Assembly (NCBI RefSeq): GCF_006345805.1
Contig: NC_042998.1
Span: forward strand, 181,536,001-181,600,000
Direction of reading: 5' to 3'
Source: Octopus sinensis
Lineage: Eukaryota
DNA: 64,000 nucleotides
Positions 63,701 through 64,000 of the stretch are shown here, piece by piece. Numbering within the stretch: the first letter of the stretch is position 1; every line of letters begins with the position of its first letter. Position numbers and translations under genes: made by a program. The notes beneath the pieces were generated by a model. That model did not search any database and was not told where the DNA came from. It saw only the letters and a program-made list of their open reading frames with translations.

Positions 63701-64000
63701 ACTCAGAATAACTGTTACAGCTGATAGGCTTTGTATCGTGTGAGCACATACTTGTGTGTGTATGTGTCAAATACCAATTTGTCAGTTGCTAAGCAATATA
63801 TTAAGTCTTGTGAAACCAACGCCCACAGTGCCCCTTTTTTGCTGCAATGGTCTGATTTCGTAGCTCATTGCAAAGAATATATACGCAATAACTAGCATAC
63901 TCATATGACTCTCGTCATCATGGCCGGATTAGGACCCACTGAGGCCCTAAACACTTAGAAGATTTTGGTACCCCCATATATATGTAATTCAAAATGAAAA

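Noticed and set aside
61700-64000. Possible gene start or transposon at the right end
   Set aside because: No coherent ORF, splice chain or paired TIR could be supported; only a possible single terminus near 63920.

Overview
AT-rich, intron- and repeat-dense eukaryotic genomic DNA. The SINE, MITE and microsatellite repertoire looks like an octopod cephalopod; that assignment is inference from pattern recognition, with no search run. Two convergent genes are present. (1) A complete 22-coding-exon cytosolic Xaa-Pro aminopeptidase (XPNPEP1/APP1-like) on the minus strand, CDS 57837->24360, 1851 nt = 616 aa + stop. All exon phases are consistent, all five metal ligands are intact, and one intron is GC-AG. 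(2) The last four exons (3563-9082) of an unidentified coiled-coil protein on the plus strand. The rest is retroelement and DNA-transposon debris: RTE, CR1, R4/Dong-like and Penelope-like fragments, mariner and rosa/maT-like transposons, hAT/piggyBac/pogo-like MITEs, at least four SINE families and microsatellites. Most notable: a tRNA-headed SINE carrying a minimal hammerhead-ribozyme motif (7414-7690), a perfect 107-bp intronic inverted repeat bracketing a SINE (41412-42219), a twin-primed inverted RTE (6258-7125), SINE dimers with one recurrent junction, and a 740-bp tandem duplication that may be an assembly artefact. There are no prokaryotic features and no CRISPR array. Repeat boundaries without a TSD or TIR are approximate.
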